A DNA stretch of 56,248 bases, filler included, from Dirinaria sp. TL-2023a (lineage: Eukaryota): assembly GCA_051941275.1 (NCBI GenBank). It is 3 parts of 3 records of this genome, joined end to end, with 100 filler letters (N's around TTAATTAATTAA, not from the genome) between each part and the next. Parts side by side here need not be neighbours in the genome. Positions count along the whole stretch, not along the records: positions 37,592 to 56,248 come from JAVEBF010000373.1; 2 more parts are not named here. One strand, 5' to 3'. Of this stretch, positions 37,592-49,504 are shown piece by piece. Numbering within the stretch: position 1 is the first letter of the stretch; every line of letters starts with the position of its first letter. The notes under the pieces are model-generated. The model did not search any database and was not told the origin of the DNA. It worked only from the letters and a program-made list of their open reading frames with translations. The position numbers and the translations under genes were made by a program.

Positions 37592-39587
37592 CTGGTGAAC
37601 CGTGCGTTGTTGTTTCTAAGGACTCTCTCTCAGAATGAGGTATAATAGCTACGGGTAGTTTTTCTTTGAGATTAGGCGATGTATGAGTAGAAAGTTATCT
37701 AGACACCAAAAGTAAATTTCAAAGATCTATTCTTTCCCCTAATAAGAACCCCCTATATCCTCACTGAATGAATGACCCACCCCTATGCCTGCCTGTTCCA
37801 AGAATAAACCAATGTACCCAGCAGGTTTCGCCGACTTCAACCCCCCATCATCGCTTTGCTTACTTGCCTAGCGACGTCAAATATCCAAAAACCCCAATGT
37901 TTCTAACACCCCCACTCCGGTGCGCAGTGGACAGCTAATAGCGCCTTTGTGCTTAGCGTTTGACATCCGCGTGGGATAGGTAGGATCTTTCGAATTTCTT
38001 TTGTTGGTTGTGTGTGGATTGTGGATTATGGATGAAATGGAAGAAAAGTCGGGGGACGAGACTTGGGCTTCGCCTGCCTGCGGAGATCTGTGAATCGTAC
38101 GGAAATGATTGGTGAGAGACTCAGAGAATCGTATGTTGTAGGAGGAGGCTGACTGAGAGTGGTTTTTTTTTTTTACAAAGGTTAAGGTAAGGTAGTTAAC
38201 GGAGAGGTTTTGTGGGGGGGGGGTTGGATATATCCCTTGCTGGGCTTTTGCTTTTGGCTCTAGGAGGATTTAAACTAGGATTTGTGATACTGGGGGTATG
38301 ATGAGATTTGATGCGGAACATATTATTGTATGGTCTGCTTTCGGGTTTTGGGGTTTGTGAGCTGAGGTTTTTTTGTGTGCATGCGGTCCTGTTTTGAGTG
38401 GCTCTGAATGAGGGAGGGGTCTTGGATGTAGGTAGGAACTTATCGGCTTGTTTGATATGTGAGTGGGCCTGTAGTGGAAACTTGTGGATGTTCTCTGTTC
38501 TTGAGAATGTGAGTTATAAAGTACAGATCAGGAAAAGGAGAGAATGGGAGGGTTGACAGTCTTCACCATCAGATCAGATTCTTCATCCAGCTTTTTAACC
38601 TAGACAGAAGCACTGATTTTAGCTTAGGAGAGTGTTTTCCTGGGAGCTAGGCTGTCGAAAGCTAGGAATGAACAGTGCAGCGAGCACGAGTTTTATCAGT
38701 CAAGACTCTGCTGATGCATGGAATATTTTGGGGAAAAGTGGAACACAGTAATGGATAGGAACACTGCGAGTGCTCATAGTTTTGGCTACAGCACTAGACC
38801 TTTCTATGAAAAAATCCTAATAATCGGACAAGTGAATATGGCAGACGACAGAAGTATTTGTCAACTCCAAAGACGCTAAGCCTGGAAAAAGAACGCTAAG
38901 AAATATAATGGACTTGACGCGTTTTGCTGACATATACAGACATCAAAAACTGCCAAAGCCAACAGATAGCCCAAGAAGTATTTCAAAATCAATATTGAAA
39001 GTATGAGACAAGACCAGTAGAATAGCCATACTCAAGAACACTGTACATTAGTATAGCAAATCAACCCAGCCCAAGCTGGCCATTGAAGATGTTCTTAGGA
39101 CTCACTTGTAGTGTTGTGTGATCTTGAGGACTCCCATGACGCGCTGTAAAGCTCACATGTGCTTTATTCATCTTCGTTTCAGACGCGACAGATTCATTTC
39201 GCACCTTCCTGCTCATTTCCCAACTTTCCATCCATACTTTTCATCTTTAGCAAGTGCTCTGAGCAAGTGCTCCTCGCTATAGCCACCAGGTATTCGACTC
39301 AGCTACACCTGCTTGATCGTAAGTATCCACAGTCCTCTGCTTGTCTTGCCTCTGTTTCTGCTGGCTCGAGATCACCCTGGCCCCGTGACTCCATCGAAGT
39401 GCTCAACTCCCTACTTTGAAGTTGAGTCTGACCCTTGAGCTTGAGTAAGAGCTTCTTTTTCAAAGATAGCGTTGCCTGCTCTCTTGTAGCCATTGAGGAT
39501 TACAAGTCTTTTTCTCGAGTAAGTTGGTCGTTACCCGAAGCTGCTGACAGGTGTACTGTAGGCTTTCCCTATCAACAGGGCTTCAAG

Positions 39588-40978
39588 ATGTCCTCAAAGT
39601 TGACCGCAGCCAAAGGCTCTTGCTGCTTGGATGGTATCGACGAAGATGCTGCAACGGGTGGCGTACTTGCTCAGAAATTCGGCGGTTGTGATCTTGGTAG
39701 TGACACGAAGGTGAGATCCCTTGCTCTATTGACAATACGCCGCTCAAGCTGCGGTAACGAAAGGATCCCGGGATCATCAACGACTTTGCTTCCTCGGAAG
39801 GTACTATTGCTCCCAGCTTGGTAGCTTCGAATGCTGGCGATGATACTATAGTGGGTCTCCTTAAGCTGTCTCGCATTGAGCGGCCAGACAACTAATCGTG
39901 GGGTAGGAGCATAAGCCAAACGTAACTTGCGAGGGTACCCTCATCGCACATAAAGCTGGAGCGTACGGCGGTGAGCCCGGGACCGGCTCCGCTAGCTCTT
40001 CAGCTACTCCCAAGGACGGAGAGGAATGGTCTAAGATTGACGAGCCCGCGATTAGCTCAGCTAGCTCTCCAGCTATTCCCCAGGACGAAGAAGAATTGTC
40101 CGAGCTTAACACCAACGCGACAAAGAGTAGCTTGTCGAGTGGTCCTGCGGATTCGGAGAAGACACAGCCGAGTCTCATCCCCGAGGTTTGGATTTTGATC
40201 GTAAGGTTTGCCATGAAGTCTGATTCTGACGGTGCGTTCATCTTCGACTGCGGTACCGGGCGAGATTTCAAGCCAAATGTGCCTACTCAACTTCTGAGAG
40301 TCAAGTATGTAATGAAACTCTCCTTTTGAGATCATTGCTCACACAGTCTGCTCAAGCCATGCGTTTTATCACGAAGCCCTAAAATCGCTCTATAGCGAGA
40401 ACATTTTCTTCTTCGATCATTTCGGGTCCGACCTTAAAGTCATCGACAAGTCAGTTGGGCTTTCAAAATGCCTGCTCGGTGGCTGTCCCACAGCCATGAT
40501 CGAGCCAAGAATCAAGAAGATGGCGCTATACATCGGATCCGAAGAGGACATGTACATGGGTAGTCTGGCATCAAGCACTTTCCAATTCGCGCTCAGAGCC
40601 CTAAGGTACAATATCCACGTGGAAGAGCTTCTGTTGCACATCCTTCCTTACGCATTTCTGAGCCCAGAGCGCGCAAAGGAATTCGCTGCAGAATTGAAGA
40701 AAATCAAGCTCTCTGGCGCCTTGACAATCACCGGCCCTGCATCTCAGGGTGTGTATGATGATGTCTACCACATCGCGGCAGCCCTCGGCATGAATCCGAG
40801 ACCGATAGAGCGTTGCGTCCAACATGATTACGATAGAGGCCTCATACAGCAAGGATATTCATATCATCGATTCGAGGTCCCGCGCCGCCGTAATCGCAAT
40901 AAAACCGGCGGACGCATTTTCGGAGGTAGCGCAACCGCCCGGGCTTCCTCAGAACGTGCCGAAGCGATCGCCAAATGA
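39588..40978 (+). CDS. Lineage-specific hypothetical protein with an F-box-like start motif, 3 exons
   Basis: ATG 39588 (tentative). Introns 39711-39915 and 40305-40356 give a continuous frame with 'SLIPEVWILIVRFAM' and 'LLRVNHAFYHEALKSLYSENIF', a motif pair common in uncharacterised Pezizomycotina proteins. Confidence 0.6.
39973..40110 (+). repeat. 69-bp (23-codon) imperfect tandem duplication inside the hypothetical CDS
   Basis: EPGTGSASSSATPKDGEEWSKID / EPAISSASSPAIPQDEEELSELN, with units starting at 39973 and 40042. Confidence 0.85.
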
Positions 40979-41117
40979 ATGTTCAGTGGGAGCGTTGGTG
41001 CTGTTCGGATCGGCAGGTAGGAAGGCTTTGAGTTTTCGTTGTGGGTTTCCTAGTGCAGGCCATTTCGAAGGCCTGAATCCTATTATCCTTAGTCACTTTG
41101 CTCTGAGCTTCTCCATT

Positions 41118-41599
41118 CTAAAGACACTTCAAGACCAAATCGATTGTATCATAGAACATAGTTCGGCTAGCCTCAACTTGACCCAATCCTAAGCCAAGCA
41201 GTACTGTTCTTTTCTCCTGTGGATCTTTCGTAGCAATGGCACTTGCAATTTGCGTGGCATAAAGCTGACCGATAATCTCGCGTTGAGATGTTGAGCTGCC
41301 AAGCAGGGTTTTAGGCGTCAAGTGGGACATTGGCAGAAGGCCATTGGTTGCAGCACTTGCTGGAAGTATAGGATCACTTGAAGAAAGATTGACGCTTGCC
41401 AAAGGTACGTGGATCTGACGCGTTATGAGTTTGGCTGACATTTTGTGTGCTGAAGAAGACAGACCCATTGTGCAAGGCGCCCATTCTGGGTTATGGTCAC
41501 CAAGATCTTGTCGGAAAAGTATGTTGAATTGACTTCAGTATATACTCCGTCAACCAAGCCAGCCGCCTGCATAGTCTTCGCTGGATATGCAGCTGCCAT
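41118..41599 (-). CDS. Proteasome assembly chaperone 3 (PAC3/PSMG3-like), 2 exons
   Basis: 'YPAKTMQAAGLVDGVYTEVNSTYFSDKILVTITQNGRLAQW-IHVPL', 'LTPKTLLG', 'QLYATQIASAI...RTVLLGLGL'. An alternative upstream ATG exists at ~41645. Confidence 0.8.
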
Positions 41600-42283
41600 G
41601 GTTGATAGTTGTTGGGATGAGTCCGAAGGAATAGATAGAGGCATGACCTGTGACCGTTCATACAAGCGCTTCAAAACGACCACATCACATATCACTTATC
41701 AAGCAGTGCCATGATTATCCGGTCAGGTAAAGAAAGGATTCTTCAACAGAAGCTTTGAAAGCCGGTTGTGCAACTAATAGATAAAGTATTGTCTAAGCAT
41801 CTGTAGTTCCAGACCAGCGACAAGTCGGTGTTCAGCTAAACTACGAATTCGATGACTCAGCTTCAGGAAAAGCTGTCGTTTTTCTTGGCGTCAATTAACA
41901 GTATATCATGAGGATTTCTACGGCATTGCTAGTAATCTGAAGGTCCATGGCTGCTGAGCTTAGAGGCGTGAGATGTCAGTCATGCTTCAGCGTTGTTACT
42001 GCTCAGATGCGACCTTCGAAACTCTTTCTTCGCGAACATCATCCCAGGTATCTCACGATTTTTATCAACGCAAGGCACTAAGCTAGGAAAAGCTTTACAT
42101 AGACAGAGTGCTAGATGACTCGATGAATATCATTTGGGGCGACTACATGGGAGCGTGTTACGTCCGAGCTGATGAAACTCTGCGCTGCCCTCACTAGTGA
42201 GTGGTGTTCTCAAAGGGTCTGGGCTAAGCGTCTGTTATGCTAACACGATGTTTCTATTTCTCCCTGTGCATTGTGTCAATTGA

Positions 42284-45200
42284 TCAATTGAAGACCTTTT
42301 CTACAAGCCAACCTTGATCTCCCTCTCTTTTTTGCAGGACCTTTTGTGCGGGTAGAGGCCACCTCCGGCCTCCTTTGTCGCCAACAAGCTCTGGGACAAT
42401 CCAGCATTCTCTCATGCCACTACCGACTTCCACAATCTTCCCAAGTGGTTTGCTATACTCCAGCAGCGGTGTGCCTTTCGCCAATCCTGCGATCTGTTTC
42501 CCAGTCACTGAACACAGCGCAGTCATTCGCGTTCTTGGCTTCTTTGCGCTTCCAATAGCGGAAATAGTACCGCGTTGCAAGTGAGAATAAACAAGGTATT
42601 CCGGGAGCTCTCTAGGCGATAACTGGGCGAGTACGGAGGACGGATGCACGAATACAGCGACGTCAACGAGATCTTCAGCTCGTCCCTGATGAGATTTGAA
42701 TAGCGTCAAATAAGGCACGTCTATTGCGCGTGTCGGTCGGCGTGGCATTTCTGGCGGAGAAGGAGCGACATCGGCCCGGATAGCTATCTGATCTAGAAAA
42801 GCTGCTGCAAGAAATTGCTGTAATGCTTTTACTTGTTTCGAAGACGGCTCGGAGAGGCGGCTTTCAAACCCTGAGGGCAGATAGGTTGGGTGGTTGTTGT
42901 ATACAATGGTGCTTAGCTGTCGACGTAAATTAGACGCCTCTTTCATTGCTTTTGAATTGAGAAACATGTCTTTGGCGAAGGCTTCAGGATCTCGTGAGTA
43001 TCCATAAGCGCAAATGGCAGAGAGAGCTTTAATACCATCACTGGTCTGAGAATTTTTGCTCAGTACTCGGTGAACCCTGTGATACTCTATTTTTCGCTGC
43101 TCTTGTGACACTTCCGCAAATCTGTCATTTGTACTATCTGTATTTTCCTGATCGCGATGTTGGGCTGACATATCAGTCTGGTTGTCTGGAATAAACAGCT
43201 CCGGCACTGTTAAGGCAGATACCATCGCAATAGTGTACGGCATGCAGCCATGTTGGTAGCCGATCACCAACATCTTTGCGTATCGAGGCGAGAGCGGATA
43301 AATAGATAGCTCACGTCCAACCGTTGTTATCTTTTCGTTGCTAGACAAAGCACCTAGGTAGGTGAGAAGCTTCTCCGCCTTCGCCAAGTCATTACGGTCT
43401 GGTGGGGTTGGGAATGGGAAGTTGAGCACATGCTGAAGATCCATGCTCTTCAGCTGTAGGGCCACTCCTTCAACGGGCATACGCAAAATCTCCGGCTCCG
43501 TGTGTTCCTTGAAATCTCGCTCGTAAACAGCAGAGGAGTAAAGTCGATAACAGTGCCCTGGGCCTGTTCTCCCAGCCCGTCCCGCACGCTGACTTGCGCT
43601 CGCTTTGCTAATCCAATCCACATCGAAACTCTGAACGCCGGTCGCTCTGTCATATCTTTTCTCTTTGGCGCGGCCGCAATCGAAAACGTAACGGATCCCT
43701 GGAATAGTAAGACTTGTCTCAGCCACATTGGTAGCAATCACGATGAGCCGGGAATCTTCCGGTGGAGGCTCGAAGACGCGAAGCTGATCCTTTGTCTGCA
43801 GCTGAGAATAGAGGGGCAGTACATGAACTCGAGACGATGCTGTGAAGGTGGAAGTCTGTTCGATATCAAATTCAGCTTCATCGTGCTCATCATCGACGCC
43901 TTCGTTCCTCGAAGCAGTACCATTAGAGCTCACGTCCCAGCTGTCTCTGCCTAGGTCTATATCTTCCGCCTCAAGCGGTGCTTCGCTTGCTACGATTGTA
44001 ACCTTTGGACCCGCGGCTTGACTTGACAGCGTACTTGCAAAGCTCTCTCTCAAACGCTTGGCCAAGTAAATTATTTCATTCTGCCCTGTCAAAAAGACTA
44101 ACATTCCGCCTGGTGGAAGCTTCTTGTGACCTTTGGAAACTTTATGGTAGATCTCGTCTAGATAGTCCCATTGGGTCCTTCGAGCAAAGTGGATCGTGAC
44201 TGGATGCTGTCGTCCTTCTACCTGTAGCAACGGAGGAGCGCCATTGCGGAAAAGAGTGGGGTTCTCGACGAAATCTGAAATTCTAAGCGTTGCAGACATA
44301 ATTATAAGCTTCAGAGGCGAGACTGTCTCATCATTTTTGCTCATAGAGTCTCGCAAGTCGACTATTCTACTGACCATTCCAATCAGTATGTCTGTGTTAG
44401 CGCTTCGCTCGTGCGCTTCATCTATGACAATCACTGAGTACTTCAGTAGAGCAAAGTCATTCGCAATTTCCCTTATGAGGATACCATCTGTCATGAATTT
44501 GATAGCTGTCTTCTCCTTTGCAGAACTTTCGAATCGAATCTGGTAGGACACTTTCTCATGGGGCCGGCCAAGCTCGTCGCTGACACGCTTTGCCATACTT
44601 ACAGCTGCGACCCTACGGGGCTGTGTTACCCCAATCATTCCGGGCGTAGGCCCTTTCGGATCACCAAAACCTGCTTCGTAGAGGAACTGGGGGACCTGCG
44701 TGGTTTTGCCACTACCAGTCGCGCCGCAGATGATTACTGAAGGGTTTTTAAAGACAGCTTCCATAATCTTCTGCTCTTCTGCAACTACAGGAAGCCGCAT
44801 GCGTAGATCTTGAAATACCTTTTCTCGCTCAACAGGGACACTGTAAGTTTTCCGCTGTGTGACGGCGGGGGTCGTGATCAACTCTTCGGGCAATGGATCC
44901 TGTTCAGGTTCCCTAGGCTTAAAGCTTGATGCTATCCTATGATGATCATCTGGCGCTGGTTGGGGATTGATAGCAGCGGGCTCGAATTCCAGAGCCTCAT
45001 TGGCTTGCTGTACTGCCCAAGTTTTAAAAGCTGATGACCTTGCGCAGGTGTGTATAGAAGCATTTACTCTTTCACTCCTATCCGACACACTGGTGTCTTC
45101 TTCTGCTCCCTCACTAGACACTGCGTCATTGCCTCCTGATGTGGTCATATCGGAGGTATCAGAGTCTGTCTGTGTTCCAGTCGACTGTATATCGATATTT

Positions 45201-45914
45201 TCTGGTTCACTTGAGTTGTTAGCTGTGCTAAAGCCACCCCATGAATCCCCATCATCATCGACAGGCCGTCTTCGAGGCTTTGGTAAACGTCTGCGTTTTT
45301 TCAAAGGTTCTAAACTAGTATCAGAGCCAAGTTTTCGCTTCAGGCCGCTTCCAAAAGCCACCAAGGGTACTTCGGGTACACGATCACGAGGCACGACCTC
45401 TGTCTCTGAAGAATCCAAAGACTCGAGTTTATCATCGGTCCTCTGATGCTGAGCTCCCGACAGAAGTTCTTGACTCTTGTGCTTGTGGGGGCCTGCGTCA
45501 CGCTTGTCAGAGGCCGTTATCAGGTTTTTATATTTAGATCCTTTCTTGGAACCCAGGTTTCGGGAGCTATGTAACAAGCTTGTGTCGTATTTTGCACTTT
45601 CTAATTTCTTAATCAGATTTAGAGTCTCTTCTTTTCGTATTTTTTTATCCTAGTATCCTTTAGTACATTCATATCTGTCATGGTAGTTAGATGAGGAATT
45701 GTACAATATATTTTGCAAGCTTTCTTTGCTTTTTGCTCAGGCTCTGAGGCTGTTCAGCAAGATGCGGATCGGTATTTATTTTCTTCTCTTCCCTCTCCTT
45801 TCGAGGAGCCGGCACAATTTCTGTCGCATCGGAAAAGCTACCAGGTTCCACTTTTCCATGTTCGGTTCGATGCCGCTTTTTGTGCTTCCGCTGACGCGGC
45901 ACAAAGATCACCAT
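42284..45914 (-). CDS. dhr1: DEAH-box RNA helicase Dhr1/Ecm16 (DHX37), 2 exons
   Basis: 'FVPRQRK' N-terminus, 'LPVVAEEQKIMEA', 'GATGSGKTTQVPQFLYEAG', 'DEAHER', 'SAT', 'TNVAETSLTIPG', 'QRAGRAGRTGPG'. Confidence 0.95.
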
Positions 45915-46786
45915 TCTACCGTCAGCTTTTTAGTTCCATCTTGAATTTCTCCGGTTTTAGTGGTGGAGTGGAGGTAGAAGCTGCTCCTAGAGCACGTGAT
46001 CGGTAGTCTCAAAAATACCTACGCGATAATTGTAATTTATTTAAAATACATGAAGTATGAACATAGATGCCTTACTGATCTCCTAAAGGTACCTACAGAC
46101 GTGTTTTACATCGTAAAGAGATCTTCCTGGACTAAGTTACTCTTGTCAAGGTAAGTCAGGAGCACTTGATGCTAGCGATAATCACAGTATGTGCACGCAC
46201 AAAACACTAATCCCCTTGATCAAATCATTCTATGACGAGTATGCTGCTGCATGAAGCACAGCATCCTGCTCTACTTTGCCTAAGCAGCATGTAGACCTAT
46301 TCCAACCCACACAAATTGGCTAGCGATTCCGGCCTTTTTTCCTTCCCCCACACCCCGTATAGTATTGATTTTTCATGCCTACAAATGATACGGAAGGTTA
46401 GCCTAGCACGTAGAATGCTAAGCCTAACGTTTGAAACTAGATGCTCTCGAGACGCCTAGCCTCTCTGCCTCCGATGTCGGTAATTCTATTCTCAGCATCC
46501 AGACATAGGTCAGAGTATCTCCTTGCGACACATCCTGTCTTTTATCAGAGTATAAAGGTCTTCAGCTACCTTGCAGGATGCTCAATTCTGTCCAACTAGG
46601 AGTGCGAACAGAGTGATATTTGTTTGTAATGCCATGGCTAGTGGAAACTTAGGAGGTGATATGGTTATTAGTTAGTCAATAACCGATTAGGAAAGGGTTA
46701 GAGGGCGTGAGAGGTACCCAATGTTTCAGATCGAAAGCCGTGGAGCAGCGTGGATTGCCAGAACACTTCCATGCCTGAAAGGAGCA

Positions 46787-47354
46787 TTATCTCCTGTCTT
46801 CGCGAACGCCACCTTCCACGCTTTCCTTAATCCTCTCCTCCTGCTTCTTCCAGTGACTACCCTCTTCGTAATCTTCACGTATTCCCAAGGCTTTTCTGAG
46901 CTTTTCACTTTCTTCTATCTTAGCTGCTGCAAGTTCATGTACTTGGTGTGGCTTGAGCTGTGCTCGTCCAGCAGCTTCACCGCGGGAGCTTCCTTGCAGA
47001 AGCTTCTTCCGTAGGGCTTCAGTCTGCATCTCGATTTCTTCTTCATCCACACTAAGCATTTTTGGCAGTCAGCCAATCATCTGCTCGAAACAGTGAATAT
47101 ACGCTGGAGAACATGCTGGCTCACCCTTCGTCTTCGAGTTTGTCACGCAGGTCGAACACTTCGACCTCGATCTCGCGCAAGCGGTCATGGTTCAGTATAT
47201 CCTTATCAGGCTTCCGTTGACGAGGCTTTAGCAAGTCGTGGTCCTTGGGATATGGAGCAAAGTTGTCACGGGGCTTCAAATGGGAGAGATTGCGCTGGAC
47301 GTAGCCCGAGGTGCCGCTACCGCGGGGAGTGGAGAGGCCGACATTCGAAGACAT
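46787..47354 (-). CDS. cwc21: Pre-mRNA splicing factor Cwc21, 2 exons
   Basis: 'MSSNVGLSTPRGSGTSGYVQRN', 'HDRLREIEVEVFDLRDKLEDEG-VDEEEIE', 'HQVHELAAAK', 'DYEEGSHW'. Confidence 0.93.
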
Positions 47355-47779
47355 ATTCATCAACAAGTCCAAATTGCGAGGTTATAATAGCTAGCTGATA
47401 GCAGCCCGCCTAAGTAGAAGGTAATCCAGAAATAATACGTCAAGACCGACAGGACCGGCGACAAATGTCCTCCATCTGGCAGGTTCTTGGGTGCAGTAGT
47501 CCTAGAGTACCTTATGTAGTGCCTGATTGATTGGTCCCGGGGCAATCTCGGCTTGAAGCGGACCCTTGCAGCCAGCGGGAGATGGCCCGAGGGGCCGGTT
47601 GCCACACGCTGTCGTAAAATGTCGTAAAATACCTTGAGTACCTTACTGTATCCTCGCTCGCCTCGTACCTTATCTTAGGGATATGAGATTAGGTAGGTAA
47701 GGTACTAGGTAGGTTCTGACTTCATCGCATCACATACCTGTTGGCCTATTTCAATTCCTTGATGGGTCTCTCAGGAGTT

Positions 47780-49024
47780 ATGCCTTCAACAATGTTGTCC
47801 GAGGGTGAAAGCTCAAACTCTTCCGTTTCGGAACAACCACTATCTCGACTTCCATTCCCACCCGTGACTCGACACCAAATTCTTCATTGCTCTTATCATT
47901 TCTGGCATGCCATGTATCGCGCAATAACACCCAAAGCTCGCTTGATCCCTCTTTCCGATGCTTTCGTGCGCTATCTGAGATCTGATGGGATCATTCTACC
48001 ACCAGAGAATAACGAGTTCAGCTCTTCTACTGATGCCGACAGCGGCGTCTTCTCCGCGTCGACCTCACCAACTGTCTCCGATTCGGAAGACGAAGATGAA
48101 GATCCATCTCTACCTTGGTCAGAAATCCACACAAGCGTGAAGCAGACGATCGCAGAGTTGAAGGGGTCTGTACATCCAAAGCTCAACTGGTCCGCGCCCA
48201 AGGATGCGACGTGGATCGCAGCGACTAACAGCATGGAATGTCGTACGCCAAATGATATATACCTCCTTCTAAAAAGTTCAGACTTCATTACGCATGATCT
48301 GGAACAAGTTTTCGATGATTGCGAAGAGGCGAGCGAGGACGACTCCTTGGATAGCCAACAAAGTGGTACCACTAGCCACAAACCTGACCCAATGCAGTCA
48401 ATTCCGTACCACTTGGTACTTCGGAAAACTATCCCTGCTTTCGTTACATCTCTCGAATTTCGTTGCTTCACCCGTAAGCGTCGCTTACTGTGCATGTGCC
48501 AGAGAGATCTCAATCACTATCAGTTTCTCCCTGATTTGGTGCCACGCCTTCGCTTTCGTACCGAAGAGTTCTTCGAAAAGTATCTGCGGGATAGTTTTCC
48601 CGATGAAAATTTCGTTTTTGATGTTTATATTCCAGCCCCGCACGACAAGGTATGGCTGATTGACATCAATCCTTGGGCTCCGAGGACAGATCCCCTGCTC
48701 TTTTCTTGGTTAGAGATCCTGGGGATGGGAGACATTGGGAAGAGTCAGGAAGCTTCTGAATATCAAGATCCCGAATATAACGACAAAATAGAGGGCATCA
48801 ACAGGGACGACAGCGAAGACATAGATTATTTAACAGAATTTAGACTTGTGAATAGAGACGACCCGGAAGCGTACAGTTTCAATACGCCTCAGTATAGCGC
48901 TCACAAGCTTCCAAAGGAAGTGGTGGATGCCTCCGGAGATGGCGAGGCCGGACTGAGAGACTTTATGGGTAGATGGAGAGACATTCTGAAGAAACAGGAA
49001 CAGGAGGACGATGAGACTGACTAG
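47780..49024 (+). CDS. cdc123: Cell division cycle protein 123 (eIF2 assembly factor, ATP-grasp)
   Basis: '[14 protein letters not shown]', '[16 protein letters not shown]', 'EFRCF', 'FVFDVY', 'LIDINPW...TDPLLFSW'. Start is 47762 or 47780. Confidence 0.95.
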   Translation: MPSTMLSEGESSNSSVSEQPLSRLPFPPVTRHQILHCSYHFWHAMYRAITPKARLIPLSDAFVRYLRSDGIILPPENNEFSSSTDADSGVFSASTSPTVSDSEDEDEDPSLPWSEIHTSVKQTIAELKGSVHPKLNWSAPKDATWIAATNSMECRTPNDIYLLLKSSDFITHDLEQVFDDCEEASEDDSLDSQQSGTTSHKPDPMQSIPYHLVLRKTIPAFVTSLEFRCFTRKRRLLCMCQRDLNHYQFLPDLVPRLRFRTEEFFEKYLRDSFPDENFVFDVYIPAPHDKVWLIDINPWAPRTDPLLFSWLEILGMGDIGKSQEASEYQDPEYNDKIEGINRDDSEDIDYLTEFRLVNRDDPEAYSFNTPQYSAHKLPKEVVDASGDGEAGLRDFMGRWRDILKKQEQEDDETD

Positions 49025-49277
49025 CATTCCCTTCCTGGTGCTGCATCAAATAATTGCTTTAGATATTGTCAGTCGTCAGATTTCATTTTGAATTATTAAT
49101 TATGGCCTACGTTCCGGGCTTTGTCGTGATTGCATTGAGCCTTGGTCTTTCGAATCCTTGTGAAACCCAATGATCTGAAGGTACTGCATACCTATATTTC
49201 TCGAAGTATGTTCGATATTACCTTGGGCAAGTGACGGGACGCGTAAATACCCATACTTTGCCTAAGGAAGTCCATTT

Positions 49278-49337
49278 TAGGGCTGTCATGGGGTTTTCGA
49301 GTGCGAATGGTTTCTAGGGTTGTCATGGGGTCTCGAA
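49278..49337 (+). repeat. Imperfect direct repeat (TAGGGYTGTCATGGGGT, period 37) upstream of gpi13
   Basis: tagggctgtcatggggt at 49278 and tagggttgtcatggggt at 49315. Confidence 0.75.
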
Positions 49338-49504
49338 ATAACCAACGGATCTTCACTTCTTGACAACTTCTTTCCGCCAGTCATACTTGCAATGTTTGGG
49401 AACATGGTGGGGGGAAGAGGACGCTGCCGTGCAGCACGAGCACCTGTCGAATACTTCGAGTTTTAAGTGCCTCCTACTCCTCTGCGAAGTCTTCGTCGCG
49501 TCTC

